Shown here one piece after another: positions 1 through 12,800 of a stretch of DNA of 64,000 bases. Position 1 is the stretch's first letter. The number at the start of each line of letters is the position of its first letter. Source of the stretch: a virus (lineage: Duplodnaviria > Caudoviricetes). The stretch covers positions 51,320-115,319 of the IMG/VR virus record IMGVR_UViG_3300032243_001145. One strand, written 5' to 3'. The position numbers were made by a program, and so were the translations under genes. The notes under the pieces were generated by a model. The model was not told where the DNA came from, made no database searches, and was given only the letters and a program-made list of their open reading frames with translations.

Positions 1-3000
1 GTCATATGTGCTATCTAATGAAAGAATTACAAACCTGCTTCTGTTGTATCCCGCTGGTATGGTTAAGTCTTCAGAGGAATATATGTGTTTTGACGGATAG
101 GATACCTCTATGATATCTCCAACCTGTAGTATCGGGTTAACAAATATTTGCATAGTCAAAACTTTTTGCTGCATGGACCATTGGTTTGTCATCCATTCGG
201 CTAGCTCTTTAGCCTCATCTTCTTTTTGTATCCACGTTGATTCAAATCCAACCTGGTCCTGTTTTTCTTCATCGGTTAATCCTGGCTTCATGTATTCAAA
301 CTGATTTGAATTGTCTATAAAATCTCCGACTACAATAAAGTCTTTAGTCTTTCCGTCCGATAGGCTGGTAAATGCGCCAGTATTATTCAGTACAAAAGTA
401 TCTATAGTAAATGTGTCAAATGCTGATCCTACGACTGTTACTGTGTCATTATTTATTAGTTGCGTGTATTGAGGAAATCCTGGGTTAGCAAATCTTCCTT
501 TAATTCTTCTAAGCTCCCTAGCTACTGGACCAAATTCTTTTAGCCACGAAATGCTATCTGTTGGTGTGACTCCTTCTCCAAAAACAAAATCTCCAAAAGT
601 TTTTATTACAGAGGATCCAGCTCCAAGAAGTCCTTTGTATAAATCATAATCTTGTCCTGATAAAAATTCTTCTTTGGTTATTGACGTTGTGTATATATAA
701 TCAAATACGGAAATTCCTTGCAAGGAAAGAAGTCCGACTTTTTCTGGTACGCTGGTTGCGTCTGTATCTATCACACCTATAACTTTATTGTTGATTGATA
801 TTTTAAGAGCAAGTGCTTTTTTTGTTCCGTTTTCTGGGATAGACCAGTTTGCCTTTATATCAATTTTATAAAGTTGGCCTCCATTTATATTTGTTATTAT
901 TGTTCCATCTGCTTCTTTTTGTGATGTTATTAACTTTTCTGGTATTCCGTTTTTTATTTTATAAAAATTAACGTCTCTGTATCCCTTTTCTACATTTGCA
1001 TTTTGCGAGGTTCCGATTGTTAAAAGGTATCCGCTTTTGTTATCAGCGCTTAAACCAAATGCAAGTCCAGCTATTGTTGGTTGATTCCCTGTTGGTAGCT
1101 TGGATATGGGATCTACTCTATATGGAAAATACATATTAGTTCCAATTGCAAAGCTGTCGTTGCTTGTTGGTGTGACTGTTCCTAAAAACTCTGCTTGAGC
1201 TTTTGGTGTGACAAGTCTGTATGATGTGTTTTTAACTGGTATCGTTGGGTTTGTGATTTTAGTTGCTGGGTCTTCATTTGTTTTTAATTGAACCTCTGGG
1301 GCAAAGATTGTCATCATCGATAAAGGAATAGAAGCAAAAAGATTATTGGGGTTATTTATATATTTACCGCTGGCGTCTTTTTCAACTTTAATCTTTTTTA
1401 ATGTAAAGACTGCATCTGAGCTATCTGAAACAAAATTTCCAGTAACCGAGTCCCATTTAAATCCATCCCATTCTGCTTTAAGAGCATCAGTATCAACATT
1501 GTGCACCAATGCTCCCTCTTCGCCAAGCTTAATAACATCAAAAGCATTTCTGGTCTTTATTCTATATTCTCCAGTAGGCTTAAATGTATTTGGTTTTCCT
1601 AAACCTTGATATTTTTGAACATCAGATTCAGATGTTATCCATATCGGTACCGAGCCCACATCTGAGTTAATGCTTTGATATTCATACCTGATTGCATCGT
1701 ATTCAATAATTTCTTTTTCTACAACAAGGTATCCAGAGTATGAATAAAATTGCTGCTCTACTCCAGATATTACAATTGGCTCTAAAAACAAAGATCCCTT
1801 TGGCGCATCTGCTTCTAACCCAACTATTTTGTTGTCAGCTTTAACGTTTTCTGTAAGTGCTGCTGCTCCTAAAGTAACTACTGGTGATTTGTATAACGGT
1901 TCAGAATTTATTACATATGATGAGCTTAGCTGTGGGCTGTATAGAACTTTTATACTTTTTACAGATGGCACATTATCAATAGAAATAGAAGATATGTTTG
2001 GTAGTTTAGTTAATTTTGTATCATATCTAAATGAAGCTTGAGGCAACTTTGTTGAAGAAAATAGATAGCTTCTTGGATAGAATTGAAGCTTATCATTTTC
2101 ATCAAATATTGCTACGGTTTGAGTATCTTTACACAAATCCTGAATCAATTGCCAAACCGTTTTTTCTTTATCTGTGTACCAGTAGTATGGCGTCACAGTA
2201 TCTTTACTGTTTTCTGGTATATTAAAATTATAATTTGTAAATCCAATTGAATCTAGCAGTCTTCTAATGATTGCAACTGAGGACATGTCCTTTGTTACAA
2301 TGTCTGGTGGCTTAATATACTGCAGCTCTCTTGCTCCGTCTAATCCAGAAATATTTATCTCTCCAAATTCATCAACAGAATAAGAGTCTAAGTAAAATAC
2401 ACCTAGATTAATTATTTCCATATCTATTCTGACATATGGTTTTATTATAATGTTTTTGTATAAACTTATTTTATTTTTGTCAAAAGCATTAACCTTATCA
2501 TAGTGGTCATAGTTTTTATCATAAGCATTTAAAGATAGATTTATTGAGTTTGCTGTAACATCTCCTACTGGGACTAGCCCATCAACCTTGTCAGATGAGT
2601 TTGCAGATATGTTAAATGACTCAGTTCTTTCCGTTACATCAATAACATACCTAGCTGATAGTTCTATCACTCCAACAAATGCCCCAGCAATACTATTCTT
2701 TTTAATCTCTAATTCTAATTTATTTATGTCAATAGATTTAGTTGTGTCTAAGTCTAGGGCTACTGCTGTCCATGTTGGAAGCCCATTGTAATATAAATTA
2801 ACAACTCCATCTGTTGGACATGTTGTTCCGCTATATATTGTTGATTTAACTCCTTCTGCATTTGTTACCTTTAAATTCCATTCGGTTGGAATGGAGTGAG
2901 CTGTTTCAAACTTAACTACAATTTTATTGCAGGCAGCTTTTTTATCTATTGGATATGTTGCGGTTATTATGCAATCAGATAATTCTTTTGATGAGTTTGA

Positions 3001-3426
3001 TGCACGAGATACCCAATATTTATATGGGGCTTGAGCGCTAGAAAAATATAATCTGGTCGGAAAAGTTTTTTCTGATGAGTAGGTTTTATAGTCTCCGACA
3101 TTAGACTTTAATGTACCAGCACGTTTAACTGTACCGTCTGCATTAAGCTCTGTCTGCAGGCTTGGATCTCCATCTACCATATACTGAATTCCAGAAACTT
3201 TTGGTCTTCTTGGATCAATTATACTACTCAGTGGAAATATTTTTTCAAATGGCTTATAGGTATATCCATTAATAGTTTTTGATGCATAGTCTGCACCTGC
3301 AGATGCAGCTATTGATTTTGTTGCAATTAAATCATTCATATTATATTCAAGTGTACATCCATTTGTCATTTTAATAGATGCGTTTGTATCTAAATAGGTA
3401 GATAGCCCAGCTGATGCAGTAATCAT
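1..3426 (-). CDS. Large tail tip/baseplate hub protein (3' end runs off the window, >1140 aa)
   Basis: ATG at 3426 overlaps the stop of the upstream gene. It reads MITASAGLSTYLDTNASIKMTNGCTLEYNMNDLI... and, where checked, is in frame at base 1 (...NPILQVGDIIEVSY...). It follows the TMP and distal tail genes and is absent from the ORF track because no stop lies in the window. Confidence 0.75.
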   Translation of the reverse strand, partial: MITASAGLSTYLDTNASIKMTNGCTLEYNMNDLIATKSIAASAGADYASKTINGYTYKPFEKIFPLSSIIDPRRPKVSGIQYMVDGDPSLQTELNADGTVKRAGTLKSNVGDYKTYSSEKTFPTRLYFSSAQAPYKYWVSRASNSSKELSDCIITATYPIDKKAACNKIVVKFETAHSIPTEWNLKVTNAEGVKSTIYSGTTCPTDGVVNLYYNGLPTWTAVALDLDTTKSIDINKLELEIKKNSIAGAFVGVIELSARYVIDVTERTESFNISANSSDKVDGLVPVGDVTANSINLSLNAYDKNYDHYDKVNAFDKNKISLYKNIIIKPYVRIDMEIINLGVFYLDSYSVDEFGEINISGLDGARELQYIKPPDIVTKDMSSVAIIRRLLDSIGFTNYNFNIPENSKDTVTPYYWYTDKEKTVWQLIQDLCKDTQTVAIFDENDKLQFYPRSYLFSSTKLPQASFRYDTKLTKLPNISSISIDNVPSVKSIKVLYSPQLSSSYVINSEPLYKSPVVTLGAAALTENVKADNKIVGLEADAPKGSLFLEPIVISGVEQQFYSYSGYLVVEKEIIEYDAIRYEYQSINSDVGSVPIWITSESDVQKYQGLGKPNTFKPTGEYRIKTRNAFDVIKLGEEGALVHNVDTDALKAEWDGFKWDSVTGNFVSDSSDAVFTLKKIKVEKDASGKYINNPNNLFASIPLSMMTIFAPEVQLKTNEDPATKITNPTIPVKNTSYRLVTPKAQAEFLGTVTPTSNDSFAIGTNMYFPYRVDPISKLPTGNQPTIAGLAFGLSADNKSGYLLTIGTSQNANVEKGYRDVNFYKIKNGIPEKLITSQKEADGTIITNINGGQLYKIDIKANWSIPENGTKKALALKISINNKVIGVIDTDATSVPEKVGLLSLQGISVFDYIYTTSITKEEFLSGQDYDLYKGLLGAGSSVIKTFGDFVFGEGVTPTDSISWLKEFGPVARELRRIKGRFANPGFPQYTQLINNDTVTVVGSAFDTFTIDTFVLNNTGAFTSLSDGKTKDFIVVGDFIDNSNQFEYMKPGLTDEEKQDQVGFESTWIQKEDEAKELAEWMTNQWSMQQKVLTMQIFVNPILQVGDIIEVSYPSKHIYSSEDLTIPAGYNRSRFVILSLDSTYD

Positions 3427-3887
3427 TAAACTTCTTCCAGTGTTATAGAAACATCCCAAAATTCTTGAGGTATTATTTGATCATTCATCTTTACATTTCT
3501 TTTTTTCATAGTAAAGGTAGCAGAATTAAATGACATTAACATTATTTTTTCTCTTTCAGAAACACCGTTTGGTGAAAACTTTACTTTAACAACGCCTTGG
3601 CCAACCGTTTCATAAAAATTTTTAATATCCATTGCTCCCCATTGAAGATCTACCGTCATTAATGAATTACTTGGTAAATCTGTCCAGCTAACAGCTAAAG
3701 TACTTTTGTCAGCAATAAATACTTTTCTAAGTGTTCCATTAGACATTCTTTGAGATTTTTCAATTCTTGTTGTATCTAGGGTTGCACTTGATCTATTGTG
3801 CTCGCTAAGTGCCTGCCAAGATGTAACAACTCCCACAGTTTTTTCAAAAAATATAAGTGACCCTACTGGTAAAATTATGGCTGCCAT
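3426..3887 (-). CDS. Distal tail/minor tail protein
   Basis: 153 aa, immediately downstream of the tape measure gene with TAATG coupling; C-terminal 'WDVSITLEEV' is typical of Dit-like proteins. Confidence 0.6.
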   Translation of the reverse strand: MAAIILPVGSLIFFEKTVGVVTSWQALSEHNRSSATLDTTRIEKSQRMSNGTLRKVFIADKSTLAVSWTDLPSNSLMTVDLQWGAMDIKNFYETVGQGVVKVKFSPNGVSEREKIMLMSFNSATFTMKKRNVKMNDQIIPQEFWDVSITLEEV

Positions 3888-6800
3888 TATTTAATACCTA
3901 CCGTCATTGTTGGCCCAGTCATTTTAGCGGTACGAGCATCAAGAGTTTTTATTGCTGTAATTGTTTTTTGTGTAACCATGCTAGACAATTGCTCCAAATC
4001 TCCATCATATCCATTAATATTATTTGTAATATTATACACGCCTCCACTCATTGTAGCATTGTTAGCGTTTGGATTAAAAGGATTCATGTTGGCTGGGATT
4101 ACAGCTTCATTTTTATGAAGCATAGCAAGCATGTTAGCTGGAACGTTATTTATTCCAGTTTGAAATTTAGGTATTGCAAGACCGCCATTTGAAAACTTTT
4201 GAAGAATAGAATCTGGGTAGGCATTATAATTAAATGTCATAAAGTCTTTTGTATCTCTTCTGTTCATTTTGCCATTTTTAAATCCCGTATCTCCATTACG
4301 AGTCAAAAAGAATTTTTCTATTGTATTTTGCAACATCTCAAATACAGTTGGAATATTAGTTCCAGGCAAGTCTAGTTTTTGAGCAGTGGTGCCAATTCCA
4401 CCATTTGGATAATAATAAAAGGGTTCTCCGTATGGTCTATCAATTACATTCTTAACGGTTGCATCTGCCACTTTGTTTCCTGCAACGCTAGTTACTGGAA
4501 AATCTTCTAATTCAAATATCTCATCGCCAGATGACATTGCTTTTGCCCAAGTCTTACCGCCCCATTTAAACATATTATATACTCCATTAGAGGCGGCAAT
4601 AGAAATTCCACTTCTTGTTCTTTGCTTGGGTATTTGGTTTGTAGCAGTTTGCAATGTTCCAGAGTTAAATTCTTTAAATGGAATAAGAGGGTATGCATAC
4701 TCAATATGATCTATTACTGTTTGTTTAGGATTATAAAATTTTTCTCCTTCTGGCCAGTAATTTGGAATTGTTGGCTTGTCCCATGGGTCTTCTTGCGTGT
4801 CGTAGTTATTCCCGCCAGGCTGATCTGTGTTTTTATCTGTGTTTTTGTCGGGATTAAATGGAAGAATAATCATTCCATCATCTTGCCCTGGTAACTTGGA
4901 GTAGTACTCGTTTGTATTATTTGGATCTGTGCCAAATGGTTTATCTGGATTATATTTTGTCATTCTTTGATGTAATTTATTATTTATATCAAAGGTATAT
5001 TTTGGGTGACCCCAATCAGATTTATTTATTGCGGAGTAAAATTCTTTAAGATCTGTTGATTTACTATTTGTAAGTGCTGAGATTATGTCTTCGTATCCGT
5101 GATTAGGAAATTTTAATGTTTGAAGAACTGCATCTAGTCCTTGATCCCATGATGTATATGCTTGAACTCCAGTTCCAGTTTGTGCGTTGACTGTATTTAC
5201 TTTTGTAGATCCTGGCATTTCTAATGTTGTATTTAATGGATTATACAAAGCTCTATTTTGCCAATGTCCACCCTCTTGCATTGCCCATGCCTGAATTCCA
5301 CCCAATAGGTTTTCGGTTGGTGTTCCACCTAAAGCTGTAATTAATGCAACTCCAAAATCATGCGGGGTTCTGATTTCAAGTGCTTTATTTTTTACTGATG
5401 GCTTACCAGATATCTTGAGGCCTAAAATTTTTGCATAATCTGTATTTAAAAGATCTGGCATTGCTGTTTGAGCATTTTCATCAAATTTATTTGACTTTAA
5501 TTGAAAGTTGGACAAATCTGCAACCATTGCTTTTGCTTTTGCTGTATCGCCAAAAAGATCTCCTGGTGTAACTCCAAAATAATCAGCTAGTCCTATGTCA
5601 GTATTTTTATTTTTAAATCCTTGAAGATAAGCTGCAAATCTAATATTGCTATCTTGAGGATGACTATCATCAGTATGTGGATCAATGTCAGTATTTGTTT
5701 TAGAAAGATCTGGCGCAGCTTTTGTGTAATGTGCTTTTAAATATTTTGTAACTGATTCTGATTTTACAATATTGTTCATGTAGCCAGCATTAAACATTTC
5801 TGACATTATCTGCCCAGATAGGAGATCGGCATTTATCTCGTTTAACATATCGTAATACTGTTTTCCATCTCCTTCGTTTTTTAAAGGTTTACCAAATTTA
5901 TCTTTAAACAACTTAGAACTAATTCGATCATTTCCAAAAATGCCACTTTCTTTTAATCTTGTCACCATTGAATGTCCAAATTCGTGATTAAGTATGCTAA
6001 GCAAACTCATCTTAGATTCGTCATTAGTTAAAATTTGTTTATTTATATACTCAGAATATGTTTTAAAATCAAAATTTTTTTTAGCTCCTGGAATAGGTTG
6101 ATATTTTAAATGTTGATTGTTTTTATCTGGAAGTATGATATTCGGTAAATTTGCTTGTGTGCTAGTAGGCTGCACGTAAAGCATTGTTCCAACTGGGTCG
6201 TTAATATCACGCCACGAAAATCCAGGCTCTCCGCCCATCATAGATAGCCAGTTTCTTGGATCTGTAACTTCTAAATCTGTAACTATAGGAGTTTCAAGCA
6301 AACTTGGCTTACCATTCATTTTAAATAAATTTTGATATTTAGCGCCATAATAAGTATTAAGGAGCCCAACCCATGAGTGCATAAATTCAGAAACTTTTTT
6401 TTCGCTATCCGTAAATTTTCCAGATAGAACATCTTTGGTTTGGTCTATCGTGTCATTGCCACCAACATTTTTATATACACTTTCATGATATGGATTATAT
6501 ATATCTAATCTATTTATATTAGGTACTAGTCCGCCTTCAGCATACTTACGTTTTTTCTTACCAAAATAATGACTATAGATGTCTGGTATAGACGATGGAA
6601 TATTAGCAAGTAGTGCTTCTGTCATTCCAGGCAAATCTTTCATTCCAGCTTGAGCCCATATTTTATTCCATGGAAGAATTTTAGGATAAAGATTTAGAGC
6701 AGACATTGCTGCTCTTCCCATTATTTTTCCGTATGCGCCAGCTTTATTTCCTTTTTGATATTCAAGTATTGCTTTTTGATACATGTCTTCATCTTCTGCA

Positions 6801-9800
6801 CTCATCCAATTAGTTTTGCCAAATGCTGAGCCTGCTAAATACTTACCGCTATTTATTGTAGATTGAAGCATTTCGTAACCTAATGATCCTAGGTCTTGCA
6901 TTCCTCTGCCAAGCAATCCAAATGGTCCGCCCATTGATTCACCTGTAGATGTTGCTGTTGTATCTACTTGATTTGATAAAAAGTTATTTACTATTCCGCC
7001 ATCTGCAAATTTTTGTGCGTTAAGATTGTCAAAATGCTGTATTCCATATTTTCTTACAGCTTTTTCTTTAATTACATATTCACCATTTGAAAGTAATGCT
7101 GGAATAGAATCAGATGTTCCTGTTCCTGGGCCAACTACCTTGCCTCCAGTTTCATATGATTTAACCTTTTCTCCTCCGCCAGGAAGTGGACTAAACCATC
7201 TTCCAACTACTGCTTTGTCTCTTGTTACACTTCCATTATGATGAAAAATAAGATCTCCAACTACATAAGAAGGCTTATTATTATTTTTTTGAAGAAAAAG
7301 CATTTGTGCTTGTAAAAGATTTATAAATTCTCTATTTGACATTCCGCTTAATGGAAGTATGAACTCAGCTAATGACCCAGGCTGTTCATATGGCATTGAC
7401 ATAAATTGTTTTTCGGTTATTTTTGCGCCTGCTGCATTAGAATATTCATAAGGATTATTTTTTGTTCCTGCGCCAGTTCTTTTTCCTGCAAGGTTTGAAG
7501 GATCTGCAACTGCGCCTGCTGTAGCAACTTGAGCACCACCTACTTTTTTACTATTAATATATAAATCACCATTTACAACTAATCCAGCTTTAATGAGAGA
7601 AGTTTCAAGTGCACTCATTAGCCCTGTTGCTGCATCTACTCCAGGTTTTCCAGTGGCAGGATCTACTGGGTAAGGAGTTAAATTTACTTTTATTGCAGTT
7701 GCTGCTTCGGTAATTGCTGCAAGCATTGAGGTTGCTTCAGGTGATGTTTTCCATTTTGCTAAATCATCTTTATGAGCATCAATAGCAGTTCTGTAATTGG
7801 CCATTGCTGTAATTAATTTTGTTATTGCACTTTCTTCATCATCAATCTTTTTTGATACGTCTCCAAATTTTTCAGAAGCATAGGCAGCTGCATCTGCTAC
7901 ATCTTGTTGCTTCTTTTGTATTAATTCAATTTGTTTTAAAAGAGGTGCATTTTTTAAAGTAGTTGCATCTTCAATTGCTTTAACTTGTGCATTGTACTGT
8001 AAATCACTTTGTAATCCTTGCATGTCCAAGCTTGCTTGTTGTGCATCTGCTGTATTACCTGTAGCAAGTGCGGCTTGATATCTTGCTTGAGCTTTTGCAA
8101 TCTCTCTTCCAATATCTCCTTCTTTTTTAGCAGCATCTAAAGCTTTTATTCTTGCGTCTGCTAATTTATTATTAGCATCAATTTGTTTTTGTAGAGCAGA
8201 TAATTTATCTCTATCTGATATTTGTTGAGCTACAGATTGGCCTTTCATTGCTTTTGTATATTTTTCTTGAAGCTGCTTTAATCCATCTAAATGCTTATAT
8301 TGTTTTTGTAAGAATCCATTTTTTGCAACGCTTTCAATAGATTTAGTTATTGCAATATTAAAACGATATACCTGATCTGTTTGAGCTGCCGATAATCCAC
8401 GCATATCTAAAGTAAATCCTTTTGCAATTAATCTTTGTTTTTGCATAAGAGATATATTTGTATCATGCAAATCAGCAATTTCACGCAATACTGGATTTGT
8501 TTTTTCCATTTCCTTGAGTGTAGCTTGACTTACAGTTTTTTGATAACGTTGTGCTTTTGATATTTTTTCTATAGCAGCAACTTCTGCATCTAACATAATT
8601 ACATTTTTATCTGCAGTGCTGATGAATGTAGGCTTTGTTTTATCTTTTTTTCTCTTTTTAAGTGCTTCTGCTTGCTGTTCCTCAATTGCAGTTAATATAG
8701 CAGAGTTAGCTGTAATAAAAGCATTTGCTTGTTCTGTTCCATCTCTACCCTCATGAACTGTTTTGTTATAAAGTTTTATGGCTGCAGCTGCTGCATCTAC
8801 AGATGTTTTAATCTTATTAAATCCTTCTGATGAAACTGTGTATAAGCTAGCTGATGATGAAAAATTCTTTGAAACAGTATACATTGCATAAATCTTTTTT
8901 GTTGCTTCTTCCGAACTCATTCCCATGCCAATAAACATTGTCTTTAATCTTTCGGCTAATGCAATTTGATCATCTGCGCTTGTTTTATCAATTAATTTTA
9001 TTTGATCTGCAAAATCAGTTTTTACGGTTTTCTTTAATTTTTTAAATTCTGCAATTGTTATTTTTAAAGGGGTGCCTGATCCAGTCATACTCTGATAGAG
9101 TAATTGATTTTGTTGTCTTACGGCTTTTGCTGTTTCTACAGATTCTTTTAATGATTTATTAAAGTCTCTAAATCTTAAGCCTGCTTTTTTTGCAGCCTCT
9201 TCTGTCATTCCGTAGCCTAATGCATTTAGGCGCATGCTTTCTGTATTTGCATCCCACCTATTTTTAGCAAATAATAATCCGCCTATAACAACTGCAGATA
9301 TTAAATTAAATCTTGTTAAACCTAAGCCTACCTTAGATATCATTGAACCAAATTTAGTTCCACTTGATTCTGCTTTTGCTAAAGCAGTACCAAATTTTGT
9401 CATTTCTCCTGGATTTTTATTTGAGAATGCTAATGGCGTTGTTGTTTTTCCCAAGCCAACTTTTGTTAACCCTCTGCCAATTATGCCCTTTGTGCTCCCA
9501 CCTAATGATGGACTTAGCATCATTGGCAACATATACCCAGCTTGTTGAACTATCATTGATAATAATGGGTTTGTAATTTTTGAAGCTATCATATTTGCAA
9601 TTGCTGAAATGCCAAGGCCTGCAACTATTTGTCCACCAATACCGTAGTTATTAGGAACTATTCCTCCTGCGTTTCTTGGAACAAATAGTTCTGGTCCTTT
9701 TTCTCCAACAATGTAAGGTTGACCAGCATTAACTGGTCCGCCTGCAGCTCTTCCTTCAAGACTAAATATAAGCTTTTTTAAAGTTTCTGTTAATGGAGTA

Positions 9801-12800
9801 TCTTTTCTGGATTCCCAATTTAAATATTTTGTTTTTAATATTTCTTTATCTATTGGAGAAAGCTGTTTTAATACAAATTTGTCTCCAATCATATCTGATG
9901 CGGCAGATCTTATAACGGCATCTAATGCATCTGGTTCAATACCACGCTTTAAAGTTCCATCTGCCATGTGCACGTAGCCATAAGGTTTTTCTTTTGCTAA
10001 TGCTGCTGCAAATTTATCATAAAATAATTTTTGAGTATATTTTCTTAAACCTGTGCTTGCAAATAAAGTTTCGGCCATTTTAATAGATAATGAATTTACA
10101 CCCCATGGAGCTGACTCAAAAGTGCTTGGCTTGGGTTCCCCTGTTGGTCCATATCCAGCACCAATTCTTTTCATTGCTTTTCCTTTAAGAACATTTCCAA
10201 GCAATCCTCCAATTCCAAATTGATTTGTGGGTGATCCATTAAATAATCTTTGAGCAAATTTTCCTGAAATTTCTCCGCCAGAATTTCTTCTAATAATTTT
10301 AAGTGCGTGACTTACTCCGCTAGAAGTAGTAAGTAATGTGGCAAGATTTGTGCCTCTAGCCCAAGCAGGAACTCTAGAACCTATTGTTCTATTTTCACTA
10401 ACCCAAGTTAATCTTCCATCTCTTCTTTTAACTATTTGACCTTTTTGAGATGATCCTGATATTGACCCTGATATTAATCCACGTCGTATTGCATCGTCTT
10501 TAGTTAAAACTTCTTTTGCTCTAGTAGTAAATATTTGAGAAATTGCAGAATATAGATTTCTTCTTCCGCCTGCTTTTGATGAATCAATTTTTATTCCACG
10601 CAGGGCTGGTGCAAATATTTCTTTAGCTAATTGCTCAAAACCAAATGGATTTCCTTTTCCACCAATCATCTTGCCTGCATATTCTGGACTTTCTAATTTA
10701 GCAATTAATTCTTGAAGTGCAACTGAATTTCTTCTTTGTGCTTGCTCAAAATCGCCGCCTAATGTTACTGCAGCTTCGTTCATTAAACTACTTGGATCTA
10801 TTCCAGCGTCTAGGGTTTTTCTTATTAAATTTGCTATCTGACTTCCATAAAGACCGCTACCATTAGAATTTACTCCAAGATTTAATTCTCTTGGTAATAA
10901 TAATGCCATGCCACTAAGATCTTCTGTAATATGTGTTCTTTGTAATGCTAATTTTTTATTTTCTAATAATCCACCACGTATATGCATTCCACTGCCTGAA
11001 GTATTTCCTACTCCGCCATTTAATTGGTACATTAAAGGCATATTTTTTTGAGCAAAGCTTGCTGGGATTACGGCTTCTCCAGGGGTTAATACTACTGGTA
11101 CCTGACCGCCTTCTTGTGCATAATAAGATTTGCTTCCAAGTATATTAGTTATAAGAGGCAAATGCTTTTGAGTAGCAGCTTTATTAATTACAAATGATCC
11201 AGGCTCGGCTGTTGTGTGATAGGTATCTGTGTTTCCAGTCCCTGGAACAATTCCACCTTTGTTAAGTCTAGGTTTTGTTGTTTCTATATTATATCCAGCT
11301 CCAGAAGTTCTTACTCCTGCAAGAGCTCTTGCAATTCTATCCACCATTTCTCTTGTAGGGCCTTTATGAAACATTTCTTTCATATTTGCTTTTCCAGTTA
11401 CTGGATCAACTACTGGCTGTGAAGTTAAAGGAACAGTTGTTAAATTAGCTGTTCTTCCCATACTTGTTGCTGTCATTGCCGCTGTTTCTGCAAGCATTGC
11501 TTCTACTGTTGCATTTAATGAAATAATTTTTGCTCTTGCTGCTTCAACAGTTATTTTATTTGCTTGAACTTCAGCTACAATTGCTTGTACTTCTTGTGCT
11601 GCCAATTCTGTTATTTGACTAAACTCTGGCAGCAATGCTTGATATGAATCAGATAAACTTGCTGTAATAGTTCCTGTTGCCATAACTTCTTTTTTAAGTA
11701 TTGCAAGTTCTTCTTCAGACTGCATTGAAATTGCAGCTGTCATTGAATGCCATTTAGCAGCTTCAGATGCAACAATTCCTGTTGATACTCCACCTATTGA
11801 TGTAAGCCCTGGAATCTTTGGAAGATCTTGATTCATATAAGCTTGTGGATTTCTACCAACTCTTATATTTACTGGCTTTGCTCCTGGCACTGTTCCAAAT
11901 ATTGTTCCTGCTTGTGGATTTCCTGATGGAATTAGATGAGACATATCTCTAGAATATGGAGATCCAACTAGTGGGTGATCTTTATCTACAACTCTTCCGC
12001 TTCCAGGTGTCCCTGCCATAATGACTCCACCTGCAACTGTTGAAACTGCTGGCTGAACTGAAACTTTTGCTGCATTTGCTTTTGTTTCTAAATTTATAAA
12101 AGATTCAGCTAATGTGTTTACTGCATTTGATAAAACAATTGTTGCTTCTGAATCTGAATAAAAAGATGTTGCTAAACCTTTTGCAGCTGCATCAGCAGCC
12201 ATAATTTCAGGAGTTAATAGTTTAAACCCTTGTCCGCCTTTTGCAAGTTGTCTTAAATGAAATATTCCTTTTACAACATAACCAATAAAGTTACCCATAA
12301 CACCAGCCATCATAATAAGTGGCCCAGCAATTGCTGTTAATCCACCCAGAACATTAAGGAATGTTTTAACTGGTCCTGGAAGATGTTGAAAAAATTTAAC
12401 AATTGCGTCTACAACTTTTAATACCTTTGTACTTATTTTTAAGAACTGCTCGCCAGTTGAAGCTAGGTCTGCTTGAACTGAAGCTAAAGCTCTTTTAAAT
12501 TGACCAGACGCAGACTCTGTCATTAATTTTAATTCTCGTTCTGATATGCTTGCAAGGTCTGAAGCACTTGCTTTCATAAGGTCCATTACTTGAAGTGTTT
12601 GAGAGCCTTGCTTGCCTAAGTTTTCAAACAATGCAGACATTCTTGCAAACTGGAATTTTCCAAATAGCTGTTCAATTGCTCTTGATTTATCTAGCGGGTT
12701 AAGTTGATCTAAAGCTGATTGCAAATCTAATATTGTTTGAGTTAGGTCTCCTGCATCTTTTGTTACAATTCCTCGTAAATCAATTCCAAATCCTGAGAAC

